From positions 17,924 through 81,923 of the IMG/VR virus record IMGVR_UViG_3300045988_110372: DNA of 64,000 bases; one strand, 5' to 3'. Positions 28,024-36,974 of this stretch are shown in pieces (positions within the stretch are counted from its first letter, which is position 1; every line of letters begins with the position of its first letter). The notes under the pieces were generated by a model. The model saw nothing but the letters and a program-made list of their open reading frames with translations. It was not told the origin of the DNA and ran no database searches. The position numbers and the translations under genes were made by a program. This DNA comes from a virus.

Positions 28024-28301
28024 TGGGGTGGTTATTGATTGCTCTAATCTGTATGGTGGTGGGTGTGACAGCCCATCACCTCGGATTGACGGAAGAAGCG
28101 GCAAAGATGGCGAGCAAGATAGCGAAGTGTCCTAAATGCTGTTCGTTTTGGCTCTCTCTGCTTGTACTATTATACATTGGCTGCAACCCGTTTGTTTCTG
28201 TTGCACTTTCTTTGTTTGTCGCTTATCTTTCTTATTATTTCGGATTGATATTGATTCTATTACAAAAACTATATAATTGGTTATGGCAAAAAGTAAATTG
28301 A
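28023..28301 (+). CDS. Three-TM membrane protein with a CPKCC motif (holin candidate)
   Basis: Hydrophobic segments LLIALICMVVGV, FWLSLLVLLYIG and VALSLFVAYLSYYFGLILILL. Lies near the endolysin. Confidence 0.5.
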   Translation: MGWLLIALICMVVGVTAHHLGLTEEAAKMASKIAKCPKCCSFWLSLLVLLYIGCNPFVSVALSLFVAYLSYYFGLILILLQKLYNWLWQKVN

Positions 28302-28414
28302 AAACAGAAACAGAAGCAAATGTTTCGACAGAAAACGTAAAGCAGGTGTTTGTACCTATAAACAAGAAATACAAGCCTGTTCCTAAGTTTAACGGGAAAT
28401 GCCCTAATTGTTAA
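28283..28414 (+). CDS. Possible 43-aa protein ending in CPNC
   Basis: My translation is MAKSKLKTETEANVSTENVKQVFVPINKKYKPVPKFNGKCPNC. Below the track's size cut-off. Speculative. Confidence 0.25.
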   Translation: MAKSKLKTETEANVSTENVKQVFVPINKKYKPVPKFNGKCPNC

Positions 28415-28433
28415 AAACTAAAACTTATATATT

Positions 28434-28982
28434 ATGATGACAAAAGAACAAATGATAGACAGATACGAGGAATTGTATCACAAGATGAAAACATCTAAGG
28501 ATGTCAAGAATATGAAGGCTTTCGGAGATGCAATGACGTGGACTTTCGGTGAGTTGGCAAAAGTACATCCCGATATGGCTGAAAAGTTTTTATCGCACAT
28601 AGAATGTATCGAGTGGGAGAATTTTTTATCACAAGATGAAGCAAAGAACATAGGCATGCGTATCGTAAATCAGGACGGTATAAAAGGCTTTCATTGGACT
28701 TATGACGTGTTTACAAAGGCAGTGGAAAGTCTTGGAGGTGTTGTAGAAGAAAAGCCTTACTACAACTCATACGCATTATATGTGACTGCGTGCACAATCT
28801 ATTCAGACCACGCTTTGAGCATTGCTATGGATTTGGGATATAAAGAGCCGAAAGAAGTGCCTAACGAGAAAATGGCTTTGTCATGCTATCGAAAGGCAGT
28901 TGAGAAACTGAAAGACATTGACGGTGGGTTTCAAGTCAGAAAATATTTCAAAGGAAAGATGTACGCAGATTCACCAATGTGA
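28434..28982 (+). CDS. Hypothetical protein
   Basis: ORF track, 182 aa. Confidence 0.6.
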   Translation: MMTKEQMIDRYEELYHKMKTSKDVKNMKAFGDAMTWTFGELAKVHPDMAEKFLSHIECIEWENFLSQDEAKNIGMRIVNQDGIKGFHWTYDVFTKAVESLGGVVEEKPYYNSYALYVTACTIYSDHALSIAMDLGYKEPKEVPNEKMALSCYRKAVEKLKDIDGGFQVRKYFKGKMYADSPM

Positions 28983-28984
28983 TT

Positions 28985-29106
28985 TGAAGCGTATAGAAGA
29001 TAAGTTAGACTTGATACTTGACAAACTTAACAGTATGAATGGAATAAAAGGCTTCGGAGTAAACGTATTGGCTAACATTGTCGGAAATAGAATTGACGGA
29101 CGATAA
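28985..29106 (+). CDS. Possible small XhlA/holin-like protein (TTG start)
   Basis: Frame of track ORF 28918-29106. KRIEDKLDLILDKLN is followed by GFGVNVLANIVG. The start is uncertain. Confidence 0.3.
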
Positions 29107-29284
29107 AAAGGTTATTATTATGTGCAACAATACATCATGCCCTGTATATCGTGAAGAACACGATGAAAGGCTGAATATAGAGGAACGTATTAAGGAACTC
29201 TTAGGTGAACTTACAAGAGATTTACCCATGCAGGAGTTCATAATGATTAAGAAAGAAATTGAATACTACATTGACAAGTTATAA
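29078..29284 (+). CDS. Hypothetical protein
   Basis: ORF track. Last plus-strand gene before the convergent terminator. Confidence 0.45.
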   Translation: MSEIELTDDKKVIIMCNNTSCPVYREEHDERLNIEERIKELLGELTRDLPMQEFIMIKKEIEYYIDKL

Positions 29285-29290
29285 AAAGAA

Positions 29291-29316
29291 AAGGCTACCC
29301 GATTGAGAGTAGCCTT
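29291..29316. terminator. Bidirectional hairpin terminator
   Basis: aaggctac pairs with gtagcctt. It sits between convergent genes. Confidence 0.55.
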
Positions 29317-29327
29317 ACTTGTGTTAG

Positions 29328-29735
29328 TTATGCGTTTAATGCAAATGCTTTCTTTCTATTGTTACCGTCTTTCTTGTAAGAAACATGAATCCAAGCACCG
29401 TTGTTCTCAAACAAGCATTGGTCGAATGTAAGATTTTGCGTAATGTAGTCGTATAGCTTCTGATTTTCTTCCGTATTGTGTACGTCAATATCAGCAGCTT
29501 CACCTTTCACATGCTGGCTATTACTTACACCACCTACGGCTCTATTGAGAATTAGGTTTCTATATCCGCTATTCACGTAAATAGGTTTCCCATACCATTC
29601 TCTCAAAGGATCAAGAACATTTTCAATCAATGCTTCAAGGTTTTCTTTTACATCATCTGTTGGTGTATTGTCTATACCTCTTGCGTTAGCTGTATCGGAA
29701 TGACACAACTCTTTAATGTCGAAATATTTTCCCAT
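29328..29735 (-). CDS. Endolysin, peptidase M15 (VanY / L-Ala-D-Glu peptidase-like)
   Basis: SGYRN..NRAVGGVSNSQHVKGEAADIDV and WIHVSY are Zn-ligand patterns of M15 peptidases. Confidence 0.85.
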   Translation of the reverse strand: MGKYFDIKELCHSDTANARGIDNTPTDDVKENLEALIENVLDPLREWYGKPIYVNSGYRNLILNRAVGGVSNSQHVKGEAADIDVHNTEENQKLYDYITQNLTFDQCLFENNGAWIHVSYKKDGNNRKKAFALNA

Positions 29736-29740
29736 ATTAT

Positions 29741-30172
29741 TTATTGTTTAAATTGTTCTATCTTTATTGAACCATCAAAACGGTATTTACTTTTACATCT
29801 TTCCTTTTTGTATGGAATGAGATATACAATACGTTTAATACCGCTTTGAATAATATTTTTCAAGCATTGGTCGCAAGGCTCATGTGTGCAATACAAAGTA
29901 CATCCATTAACAGATAAACCGTTCTTTGCGGCAAACATTAATGCGTTCATTTCGGCATGTATTTCGTGGCTATCAGACCATTCAGAATGATTGTCACGTA
30001 TAAACTCTTTGTCAATACATTCGTTGCAATTAAGGCTTCCGCTAATAGTGCCGTTATATCCCATTGAAATAATGCGGCTATCTTTTACAATAACCGCACC
30101 AACTTGTAGTGATACACATTTACTTTCCTTTGCAATAACCTTTGCTATCTCTATGAATGTAGATTCTTTCAT
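29741..30172 (-). CDS. dCMP deaminase (cytidine/deoxycytidylate deaminase family)
   Basis: HAEMNAL and the PCDQC Zn-binding motifs. Confidence 0.85.
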   Translation of the reverse strand: MKESTFIEIAKVIAKESKCVSLQVGAVIVKDSRIISMGYNGTISGSLNCNECIDKEFIRDNHSEWSDSHEIHAEMNALMFAAKNGLSVNGCTLYCTHEPCDQCLKNIIQSGIKRIVYLIPYKKERCKSKYRFDGSIKIEQFKQ

Positions 30173-30693
30173 TTTCCGCTACTACCGAAGCCTCCCTCTC
30201 CACGTTCTGTTTCCGATAATTCAGAAACCTCTTCAAAATCAATAGGAAATGTAACACCAATTTTCATTTGTGCTATTTTATCCCCGACCTTATATCTCGG
30301 CATGTTTGGCATAACGTGATAGAATACAAGCATATATTCTCCAGTGTAACCTTCATCTCCAGTGGCTTGTGAATTGGCTAAGACCATACCAGTTTTCCAA
30401 ATAGAGCTACGAGGACGGAAGTCTAATGACAGGGTTATAGGTGAATTATCAAAATCTACATTTTTGCTTGAATAAGTTCCATAGCAATTCCCATGTCTAT
30501 CAACGCTAGCTATCCCTTCTTCGATAATTTCTATATCTCTATCAATCTGCATAGCAATACCAAGTCTGTATCTCCATACATTTGGTGCAATCTCTTCTTC
30601 TGATACAGCTACTACATCGTAACAAAAGTCTTTTTCGTATGCCTTAAACGGAATAACTGCATCTTTATGTAGTTTCTTAATATTTACTTTCAT
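30169..30693 (-). CDS. dut: dUTPase (trimeric type) with an internal insertion
   Basis: Motif 3-like GDEGYTGEY and motif 5-like RGEGGFGSSGK. There is extra sequence of roughly 35 aa after the first beta-strands. Confidence 0.8.
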   Translation of the reverse strand: MKVNIKKLHKDAVIPFKAYEKDFCYDVVAVSEEEIAPNVWRYRLGIAMQIDRDIEIIEEGIASVDRHGNCYGTYSSKNVDFDNSPITLSLDFRPRSSIWKTGMVLANSQATGDEGYTGEYMLVFYHVMPNMPRYKVGDKIAQMKIGVTFPIDFEEVSELSETERGEGGFGSSGK

Positions 30694-30956
30694 TTCAATT
30701 CCTCCTTCAATTCGTTAGATGTTCTTGTTCCTGCAATACGTTTGATTACTCTGTTTTTCTCAATAACAAGGATTGTAGGCACGTTTCTTACCTGATATTT
30801 GCTTGACATATCTACTCCCCAATCGGATTCACAGTCCACATCAGTAAACTTCATGTTTTCAGACTTCATTTCCTTTGCTACTTCACCGAACACCTGTGCC
30901 ATCTTAGGACAGCTTTTACACCAATAAGCGTGGAAGAACATAACTTCTTTTTTCAT
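30690..30956 (-). CDS. Thioredoxin-like protein
   Basis: WCKSC active site and a VPT cis-Pro loop. Confidence 0.8.
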   Translation of the reverse strand: MKKEVMFFHAYWCKSCPKMAQVFGEVAKEMKSENMKFTDVDCESDWGVDMSSKYQVRNVPTILVIEKNRVIKRIAGTRTSNELKEELK

Positions 30957-30967
30957 CTTTTGTAAAT

Positions 30968-31819
30968 TTATTGTTTATAAAAATCCTTTGCCTTAAACAA
31001 GGCATTGTTAATTATATCTCTGTTTGTTAAAGTCTTGTCAAGGTCACGATATGCTTTCATTACATTGTCGCATTTGTTCAGGTCAAGTTTGCCGCATTTT
31101 CTTGAAACCCAATTACTGAAATTCTCTGCCACACGAAGCATATCAAGCATCTTATACTGACGCAAATGTACGGAATCTTTTTTGAATTTCAAACATTCCT
31201 GCACTCTATTTTCTACGTTTTTAACAGAATACCCTACTATCGTCCGTACTATCTCGGCTAAAGCTATGAAGTATGAATTTTCTGCACCTATACTGTCTAA
31301 AGCTGACTTCATTTCGTTTATGAACGTATCAAGTTTAGGCTGCACGCTTTCATCCATGTATGAGTTATATTCTGCCAAAAAATCCATATTTTCAGGAAGA
31401 ATACCTGATATAAGACTTTCGTACAGTTTTTGTCTTTTCTCCAAAGCACCGAATATCTTCTGTGTTTCCTTGTCCTGATTCTTGATAAAGTCTTTCATCT
31501 GTATGATACATGCACAAGCTAGGTCGTTTACATACATGATGTTGTAGATAGAAGTAGTGACTACATAGTTTCCGTCTATCGGGCGTACTTTATAAAACTC
31601 ACACTTGCGGAAAGTGTCTACATAGTGGAATTTTACTTCGGGTGTATCTGCTGACTTCGATTTATAGCTGTTGTATTTAAAGCAATTTTCGCAGTTCTTG
31701 CACTGCTCGTATGTTTTACTTGATTTCTTGTAAAACTGTCCGCTACACACGCTTCTGACATCTAAATTAGCTTCTCTGTAAACGGCTTCTTTTGCTTCTC
31801 TTTGTTTTTCGTTACTCAT
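30968..31819 (-). CDS. Hypothetical protein
   Basis: ORF track, 283 aa, with an N-terminal Cys-rich segment. Confidence 0.6.
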   Translation of the reverse strand: MSNEKQREAKEAVYREANLDVRSVCSGQFYKKSSKTYEQCKNCENCFKYNSYKSKSADTPEVKFHYVDTFRKCEFYKVRPIDGNYVVTTSIYNIMYVNDLACACIIQMKDFIKNQDKETQKIFGALEKRQKLYESLISGILPENMDFLAEYNSYMDESVQPKLDTFINEMKSALDSIGAENSYFIALAEIVRTIVGYSVKNVENRVQECLKFKKDSVHLRQYKMLDMLRVAENFSNWVSRKCGKLDLNKCDNVMKAYRDLDKTLTNRDIINNALFKAKDFYKQ

Positions 31820-32286
31820 AACATCTTATCAAATTCGTCAAACAATTTATCTTCTTGTTCTCTTTCTTTTTTGAGTATTTCGCACTCGTTCGGCATTGCA
31901 CAATCACATCGTTTGATTATTTCTTCTCTCTTTTCTTTGCGCATCATACGTACTTTCTTTTCGTAGTACATTTTCTTGCCTGTCTTTTCGCATATAAAGT
32001 CTGTAATGTATAGGCTACCGTCACAATTACCGTCATCTTTTGTGCATTCCGCATACCCATAATTGTTATAATCTACATCGTAATATTTGCAACGCTTACA
32101 TCTTTTACCTTCTGAATCTTCTATTTTACGGCTTTCGACTTTCAGATATTCACACGAAGCGCAATCAGTCCAATTCTTTGGATTTTTCTTGCAGTTCATT
32201 TCGTGTACTACCATTCCACCTTTGCCTAAAGAAAGTTTTCCGCAAAATTCGCATTGATATACTTTCTTATCTGTTATAGTTTTCAT
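31816..32286 (-). CDS. Cys-rich (multi zinc-finger-like) protein
   Basis: CEFCGK..HEMNC, CASCE, CKRCK and further Cys pairs. ATGA-type overlaps with neighbours. Confidence 0.6.
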   Translation of the reverse strand: MKTITDKKVYQCEFCGKLSLGKGGMVVHEMNCKKNPKNWTDCASCEYLKVESRKIEDSEGKRCKRCKYYDVDYNNYGYAECTKDDGNCDGSLYITDFICEKTGKKMYYEKKVRMMRKEKREEIIKRCDCAMPNECEILKKEREQEDKLFDEFDKML

Positions 32287-32729
32287 AACTCTTTTATTTC
32301 TAAATCACCTCTTGTTATCAATCTTATTCCGTTTTGTAATTCATGCAGATATTGGAAGTCAAATCCTCCGATAGAAGAATGTTTTTCGTTGTCTATCTGA
32401 CAATACCAGTCACGGCATAAATAATTGGATATGTATGATATTCTCAAGAAACATTTGTTTACTACTTTATGATACTCAAAAATATCCATTCCGTAGAACT
32501 TTGAAAGATCCTTGTCGAACTCTTTTTCAAATCCGGATTTTACTAGAATTGAATCTTCTACTTCTATCGGTGTCATATATTCATCTATTCCGTCAATCGG
32601 ATCAGCTTCATTGCCTTCAAAGTTTAGATAGCAATAATCTTCTCCTATTCCTACTACTTGCATTGGGTATTTAGTGTATTTACTATTGTAAACCCAATCT
32701 CCTATCATCAGATCTTTGTAGTTTATCAT
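32283..32729 (-). CDS. Hypothetical protein
   Basis: ORF track. Overlaps the downstream gene by 4 nt. Confidence 0.6.
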   Translation of the reverse strand: MINYKDLMIGDWVYNSKYTKYPMQVVGIGEDYCYLNFEGNEADPIDGIDEYMTPIEVEDSILVKSGFEKEFDKDLSKFYGMDIFEYHKVVNKCFLRISYISNYLCRDWYCQIDNEKHSSIGGFDFQYLHELQNGIRLITRGDLEIKEL

Positions 32730-32757
32730 ATCTCATTGTTTTATTAGTTTCACACCA

Positions 32758-32765
32758 CAAAGATA
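32758..32765 (-). promoter_or_regulatory. TATCTTTG -7 box (minus strand)
   Basis: Plus strand reads caaagata. It lies 30 nt upstream of the ATG at 32729. Confidence 0.4.
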
Positions 32766-32805
32766 CGTTATAAGTTTTAAACTTACAACTTTTAGATAGA
32801 AAATA

Positions 32806-32825
32806 ATCGGGGAATTTTTACCCCG
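32806..32825 (-). terminator. Rho-independent terminator after the RuvC-like gene
   Basis: tcgggg pairs with ccccga. On the minus strand a T-run follows (attatttt). Confidence 0.55.
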
Positions 32826-32831
32826 ACTATC

Positions 32832-33320
32832 TTATAGATTCTTTCTTCGTGCGTATTCAGCTATTAATAAGCCATCTCTATCAGGATGTTTTACTTCTTC
32901 AAATTGAGGAAATAGTCTGTTCCCAATATCCAAAGACGCTTTCTTTAATTCTTCGCCACTGCAACCTTTTGGGAGCATTGCTTTCTGCCATTCCTTAGAA
33001 TCTATGAACATGTGCTTACAACCAAGCAATTCTATCATTATCAATTCTGCTTCATGGCAGCGTAATGCTGATGCGGTAGCAACGAACCTCTGCGGGTTCA
33101 CCATAGCTCGTTCCATTACTACACAAACATCGTTTTTATTCAGCCCGCTAAATAATTCCATAAACTTTGAATAGTCAAGTCTTGTAATTATTTTCTTATC
33201 TTTCGTGTAGTCTTGTTCTTTCTTCACAGGTGTCTTAACGAACACAGGGTCTATACCTTCGCCAACGATACCTATTGTCCCGCTAATGCCGTTATCTATT
33301 CCAACGTAAATCTTACTCAT
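32832..33320 (-). CDS. RuvC-like Holliday junction resolvase (start taken at MSKIYVGIDNG)
   Basis: IYVGIDNGISGTIG (catalytic Asp), VMERA, and the C-terminal DRDGLLIAEYA pattern of RuvC-fold resolvases. Confidence 0.7.
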   Translation of the reverse strand: MSKIYVGIDNGISGTIGIVGEGIDPVFVKTPVKKEQDYTKDKKIITRLDYSKFMELFSGLNKNDVCVVMERAMVNPQRFVATASALRCHEAELIMIELLGCKHMFIDSKEWQKAMLPKGCSGEELKKASLDIGNRLFPQFEEVKHPDRDGLLIAEYARRKNL

Positions 33321-33705
33321 TCTTATATCCCTCCTTCCCAACTTTAATATGCAAGAAATCAAGACTTGTCATTTGAGGATATACTCCGTACCACTTTTTC
33401 AAGAAAGTCCAAGCATCAAGGTTATAAAGACACTTTATATCTTCTTCAAGTGATACGATACTTTTACTATCCCATTCGAATACTTTTGCGGTTATATTGT
33501 CGGCAAATAATAAGTATTTGTCGCCTTTAGACAACACGAATCCGCAGTTGTTCTGTATAGCAAGCAAAGGGACAATTACCTCTTCTTGAAATCTGTGCGC
33601 TATCTTGTATGTATTTTCACTGTTATTATCCATAGACATATCTGTTATATCGAAAACTCCCAATCGGTTTAACAATCGGATTGCTTCACCTAGCGTTTGT
33701 GCCAT
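33313..33705 (-). CDS. Hypothetical protein
   Basis: ORF track. Packed tightly between neighbours. Confidence 0.55.
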   Translation of the reverse strand: MAQTLGEAIRLLNRLGVFDITDMSMDNNSENTYKIAHRFQEEVIVPLLAIQNNCGFVLSKGDKYLLFADNITAKVFEWDSKSIVSLEEDIKCLYNLDAWTFLKKWYGVYPQMTSLDFLHIKVGKEGYKNE

Positions 33706-34424
33706 TAGAAATCCTCTGAATTTAGTTCAACTTTTACGTTTTTATCCGCTATAATCGGTCTTATCCCAACTTCTTCAAATACCATCTTCTGAAATAACTT
33801 CTCGTCACTTTGTCCGTCAGATAAATGTACAAGCATCAAAGTTCTAAGTTCGGGATTTATGTTTCGCTTAATAGCTTCGATTGTTTGATTTATCTCCATG
33901 TGAAACTCGTTGTGAGAACGTATTTCCTGATTCCGGCATAGATTGTCTATCATTAAATCCTCGCTGTAATTCCCTTCGATAAGCAAATGATTCAGACCTT
34001 TTATCTTATAAGGAAAGCTGACCGCATCCGTGCAAAAGACTAAACTTCCGAACTCTTTATGAGTAATCAAAAAGGAATAATTCTCACAATTATGATGAAC
34101 AGGCAAAGCCATAACAACAAAAACACCAATCTTGTACTGAACTTTTGGCTTCAATACTTTTACTCCTTGATATTTGTCGGCTACTTCTTGGTTTGAGTAG
34201 ATAGGTATTTGCTTTTGAAGCATTTGTTTTATGGACTTTGAATGGTCTCCATGAAGATGCGTGACAAGGGCATAACATTGTGATACATTATGGTTTAAGC
34301 CCTCCATAATATCTTTGTATTTGCAGCCTAAATCAAGAAGCAGGCGTTCATTACCTGCTTCAAGAATATAAGTGTTTCCTTGTTGACTACCACTACCAAT
34401 TACCTTTAGTGTTGCCATAATCAA
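33705..34424 (-). CDS. Metallo-beta-lactamase-fold nuclease (candidate recombination exonuclease)
   Basis: HLHGDH motif. Lies adjacent to the RecT-like gene. Confidence 0.75.
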   Translation of the reverse strand: MIMATLKVIGSGSQQGNTYILEAGNERLLLDLGCKYKDIMEGLNHNVSQCYALVTHLHGDHSKSIKQMLQKQIPIYSNQEVADKYQGVKVLKPKVQYKIGVFVVMALPVHHNCENYSFLITHKEFGSLVFCTDAVSFPYKIKGLNHLLIEGNYSEDLMIDNLCRNQEIRSHNEFHMEINQTIEAIKRNINPELRTLMLVHLSDGQSDEKLFQKMVFEEVGIRPIIADKNVKVELNSEDF

Positions 34425-35266
34425 AATTCAGGTTCATTCTTCTTTTCTTCGGCTGGCTGAATTACCTCGCCCGTCTGAACGTCTACAACTTCACCTTCTT
34501 CTGTTTTGATTTCTTCGGCTTCTGCGTCAATTACCTGCTGTGTAAATTCAGGCTGTTTGTCACCTGCAAGCATCGTATCATCATCGTCATTAAAGGTAAT
34601 ACCTACCGCTTTTACATTTGCATTCACAAGTGATTTTGTACTTTTTTTGATGATAGAACGGAATATCATGTCGCGCTCGAACTCTTTTGCAACCGCACAA
34701 CCGTTAGATGATTTTTTCCAACTAGTAAGCCATTCCCTTTTAGTCATAATATAGACTTCTGTATCACCTTTATCGTCTGTAACGTAAGTATATGCAGCAA
34801 TAATAGGCTTATCAAGATTTTCAAGACTTGTTTCGTGCTTCTTGATAACAGTCTGACCGTTTTCTACGTTTACACCGATTTCAAATACATCATCTTCGTG
34901 AACGTACTGAACAATAGGTTTATAGTTTTTACTTGCTCTTTTGGCACGAGCAATACGACCATAAACAGATTCCATCGTAGTCATAGTATTTTGACGAGGG
35001 ATGAAGTAAATTTGGTTCTCTGAAAAGTCTAAGCCTTTGCAACAAGCGTCAATCAAACACTGAATAATACTTGCTTGTGATACTACTTCAAGCACTGGTT
35101 TACCGCCCACTTTCATGTCGTTAAGCATCAAACGGGCTTTCTTTAAGCTGTTAGCCGGGTTGAAGCCATCGGGCAATACCATACCCAAATCCATATACTG
35201 ATTAATCTTTGCTAATGCAACTTCTTCTACCAATGTAGATTTTGCTAATTCATTTTTGTTTGCCAT
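34421..35266 (-). CDS. RecT-like single-strand annealing protein
   Basis: The size, the acidic C-terminal tail, and the context (nuclease, SSB and resolvase nearby) fit. My motif recollection is approximate. Confidence 0.6.
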   Translation of the reverse strand: MANKNELAKSTLVEEVALAKINQYMDLGMVLPDGFNPANSLKKARLMLNDMKVGGKPVLEVVSQASIIQCLIDACCKGLDFSENQIYFIPRQNTMTTMESVYGRIARAKRASKNYKPIVQYVHEDDVFEIGVNVENGQTVIKKHETSLENLDKPIIAAYTYVTDDKGDTEVYIMTKREWLTSWKKSSNGCAVAKEFERDMIFRSIIKKSTKSLVNANVKAVGITFNDDDDTMLAGDKQPEFTQQVIDAEAEEIKTEEGEVVDVQTGEVIQPAEEKKNEPEF

Positions 35267-35278
35267 AATAATTAATGT

Positions 35279-36049
35279 TTATCGTTTGTATCTGAATATA
35301 TAGTCATTCACATTATTTACTTTACCTCTACAATTTAAGCCGATGGAGGTTGCGCATAAGTTTAACTTTCTTCCAGCGTCTGCTATTGATTCATAATCAC
35401 ATACATAATCACCATTTAAAAGAAAGCACGAAACAGGCTGTTTATTAAAATCTTGGTATTCTTCAAATTTGTCATTTTTGTTTGCTTCATTCCTCCAAAT
35501 AAATTTATTCGCTGATTTCGCTAACCCACACAAACAATTACTTATAGAGCTTCTATTTGTGTTAGTTGCTCGATAAGCCTCTAATACCGAGTTAAATCCC
35601 GCAATAAATTCACCGTTTAAAGAATATTGGTAAACTTTTGTTGAATTGCAATACTTCCTGCTTCCATATTTTAAATTATAAGAATACGTGCAATGCTCTA
35701 AATTTTCAGCTCTGTTGTCTGATTTTATTTCATTTTTATGATTTACGCATGGATGATTGTTAGGATTTGGTATAAATACGTCAGCGACACACTGATGTGA
35801 TGAAATTCTTATCTTTTCTCCTTTTAAATTAGAGATACGACAAGATAGATACCCCTGCCAATTCGGGAATTGTTTAATAATTCTTTCTCTGTGCTTTCGC
35901 TTAGTATTACCAAACTTTCTGATAGAAGCAAGAGCTTTTATCCTACCCATATTGCTTACCATATATAGGTTATCGCAATCAGGTATAAACCTCCATTCCT
36001 CATTAGGAAGGTTTTCTAAACTTAGATTTTTGTAAATTTCTGTTTCCAT
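35279..36049 (-). CDS. Free-standing HNH homing endonuclease (NUMOD4 / HNH_3 / IENR1)
   Basis: EEWRFIPDCDNLYMVSNMGRI, HQCVADVF, VNHKNEIKSDNRAENLE. Confidence 0.85.
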   Translation of the reverse strand: METEIYKNLSLENLPNEEWRFIPDCDNLYMVSNMGRIKALASIRKFGNTKRKHRERIIKQFPNWQGYLSCRISNLKGEKIRISSHQCVADVFIPNPNNHPCVNHKNEIKSDNRAENLEHCTYSYNLKYGSRKYCNSTKVYQYSLNGEFIAGFNSVLEAYRATNTNRSSISNCLCGLAKSANKFIWRNEANKNDKFEEYQDFNKQPVSCFLLNGDYVCDYESIADAGRKLNLCATSIGLNCRGKVNNVNDYIFRYKR

Positions 36050-36194
36050 TTTCTGATGGTTTTAAAAGTTATTCTGATGGGAAAGTGAAGTAGGGAAGAA
36101 CCCATCAGATTTATTCTTATTATCGGCTCATGACTTCCGACTATCCCTACCCCACAAAGTTACAAAATATTTAGATAATCTCCAACAGATTTGT

Positions 36195-36572
36195 CTATTT
36201 AATCTCACGGAGAGTTAAGTCCTCCATACCTTGCTTGATGTATTCCTGCATCTTCTTGTTGGCTTCGTTCATGTCGGCAGCAAACAAGGCTACTACCCAT
36301 GACTTTTCTTTTTCCTTACCTTTCTCGTCTACATAAGTAGAGATAAGTTTCGCCTTGAAAATAGGAGTATCTTCCTTCTTTTCGTTTACTACTTCAATAA
36401 CAGAAGAGCGTTTCATTGCTACGATATCCGCTTCACTATTATACAATTCCAGCCCACGTTGTTCGACTTCGCTCCACAATTCAGCATTTTCTACCAAGAA
36501 GCTTTCTTTTACTTCCTTGTCCTTGCCTTTGTTATCTTGTTTTGTTACTTTAAGAGTTACTTCGTAATACAT
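36195..36572 (-). CDS. Hypothetical protein
   Basis: ORF track. Confidence 0.55.
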   Translation of the reverse strand: MYYEVTLKVTKQDNKGKDKEVKESFLVENAELWSEVEQRGLELYNSEADIVAMKRSSVIEVVNEKKEDTPIFKAKLISTYVDEKGKEKEKSWVVALFAADMNEANKKMQEYIKQGMEDLTLREIK

Positions 36573-36574
36573 AA

Positions 36575-36931
36575 CTATTCCTCCTTATTATCTTCTTCGT
36601 TTAACATATATTCGTCTACAAACTTATCCAATGCCTGAATACATTTGTCGGGTAATTGCTTAGCCGTTTCGTTTGACTTGATGTAGTCAATAGTGCCGCC
36701 TACGCCCCAAATCATAAATGCATCCTTTGTGCTTGGGGTTAATACAAGTGCTATCATTAAAAACAGACTTACAAAAATGCTAATTACAAAATGTTTAGCT
36801 TTTCCGTTTTTAATCTCTTTATCAACCCATCTTATAAAGCATACAATAACTGCAATAATAGATAGAGCTGAAAGCACAAAAAGAAGTGCTTGTATTGCAT
36901 CAAGTCTTGTTATCCAATAAATTTCATTCAT
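36575..36931 (-). CDS. Two-TM membrane protein
   Basis: Hydrophobic segments ALLFVLSALSIIAVIVCFI and FVISIFVSLFLMIALVL. Confidence 0.55.
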   Translation of the reverse strand: MNEIYWITRLDAIQALLFVLSALSIIAVIVCFIRWVDKEIKNGKAKHFVISIFVSLFLMIALVLTPSTKDAFMIWGVGGTIDYIKSNETAKQLPDKCIQALDKFVDEYMLNEEDNKEE

Positions 36932-36974
36932 AGTTATTTGGCACTAACGTAGCTTTCCACTATTAAATTATTAC

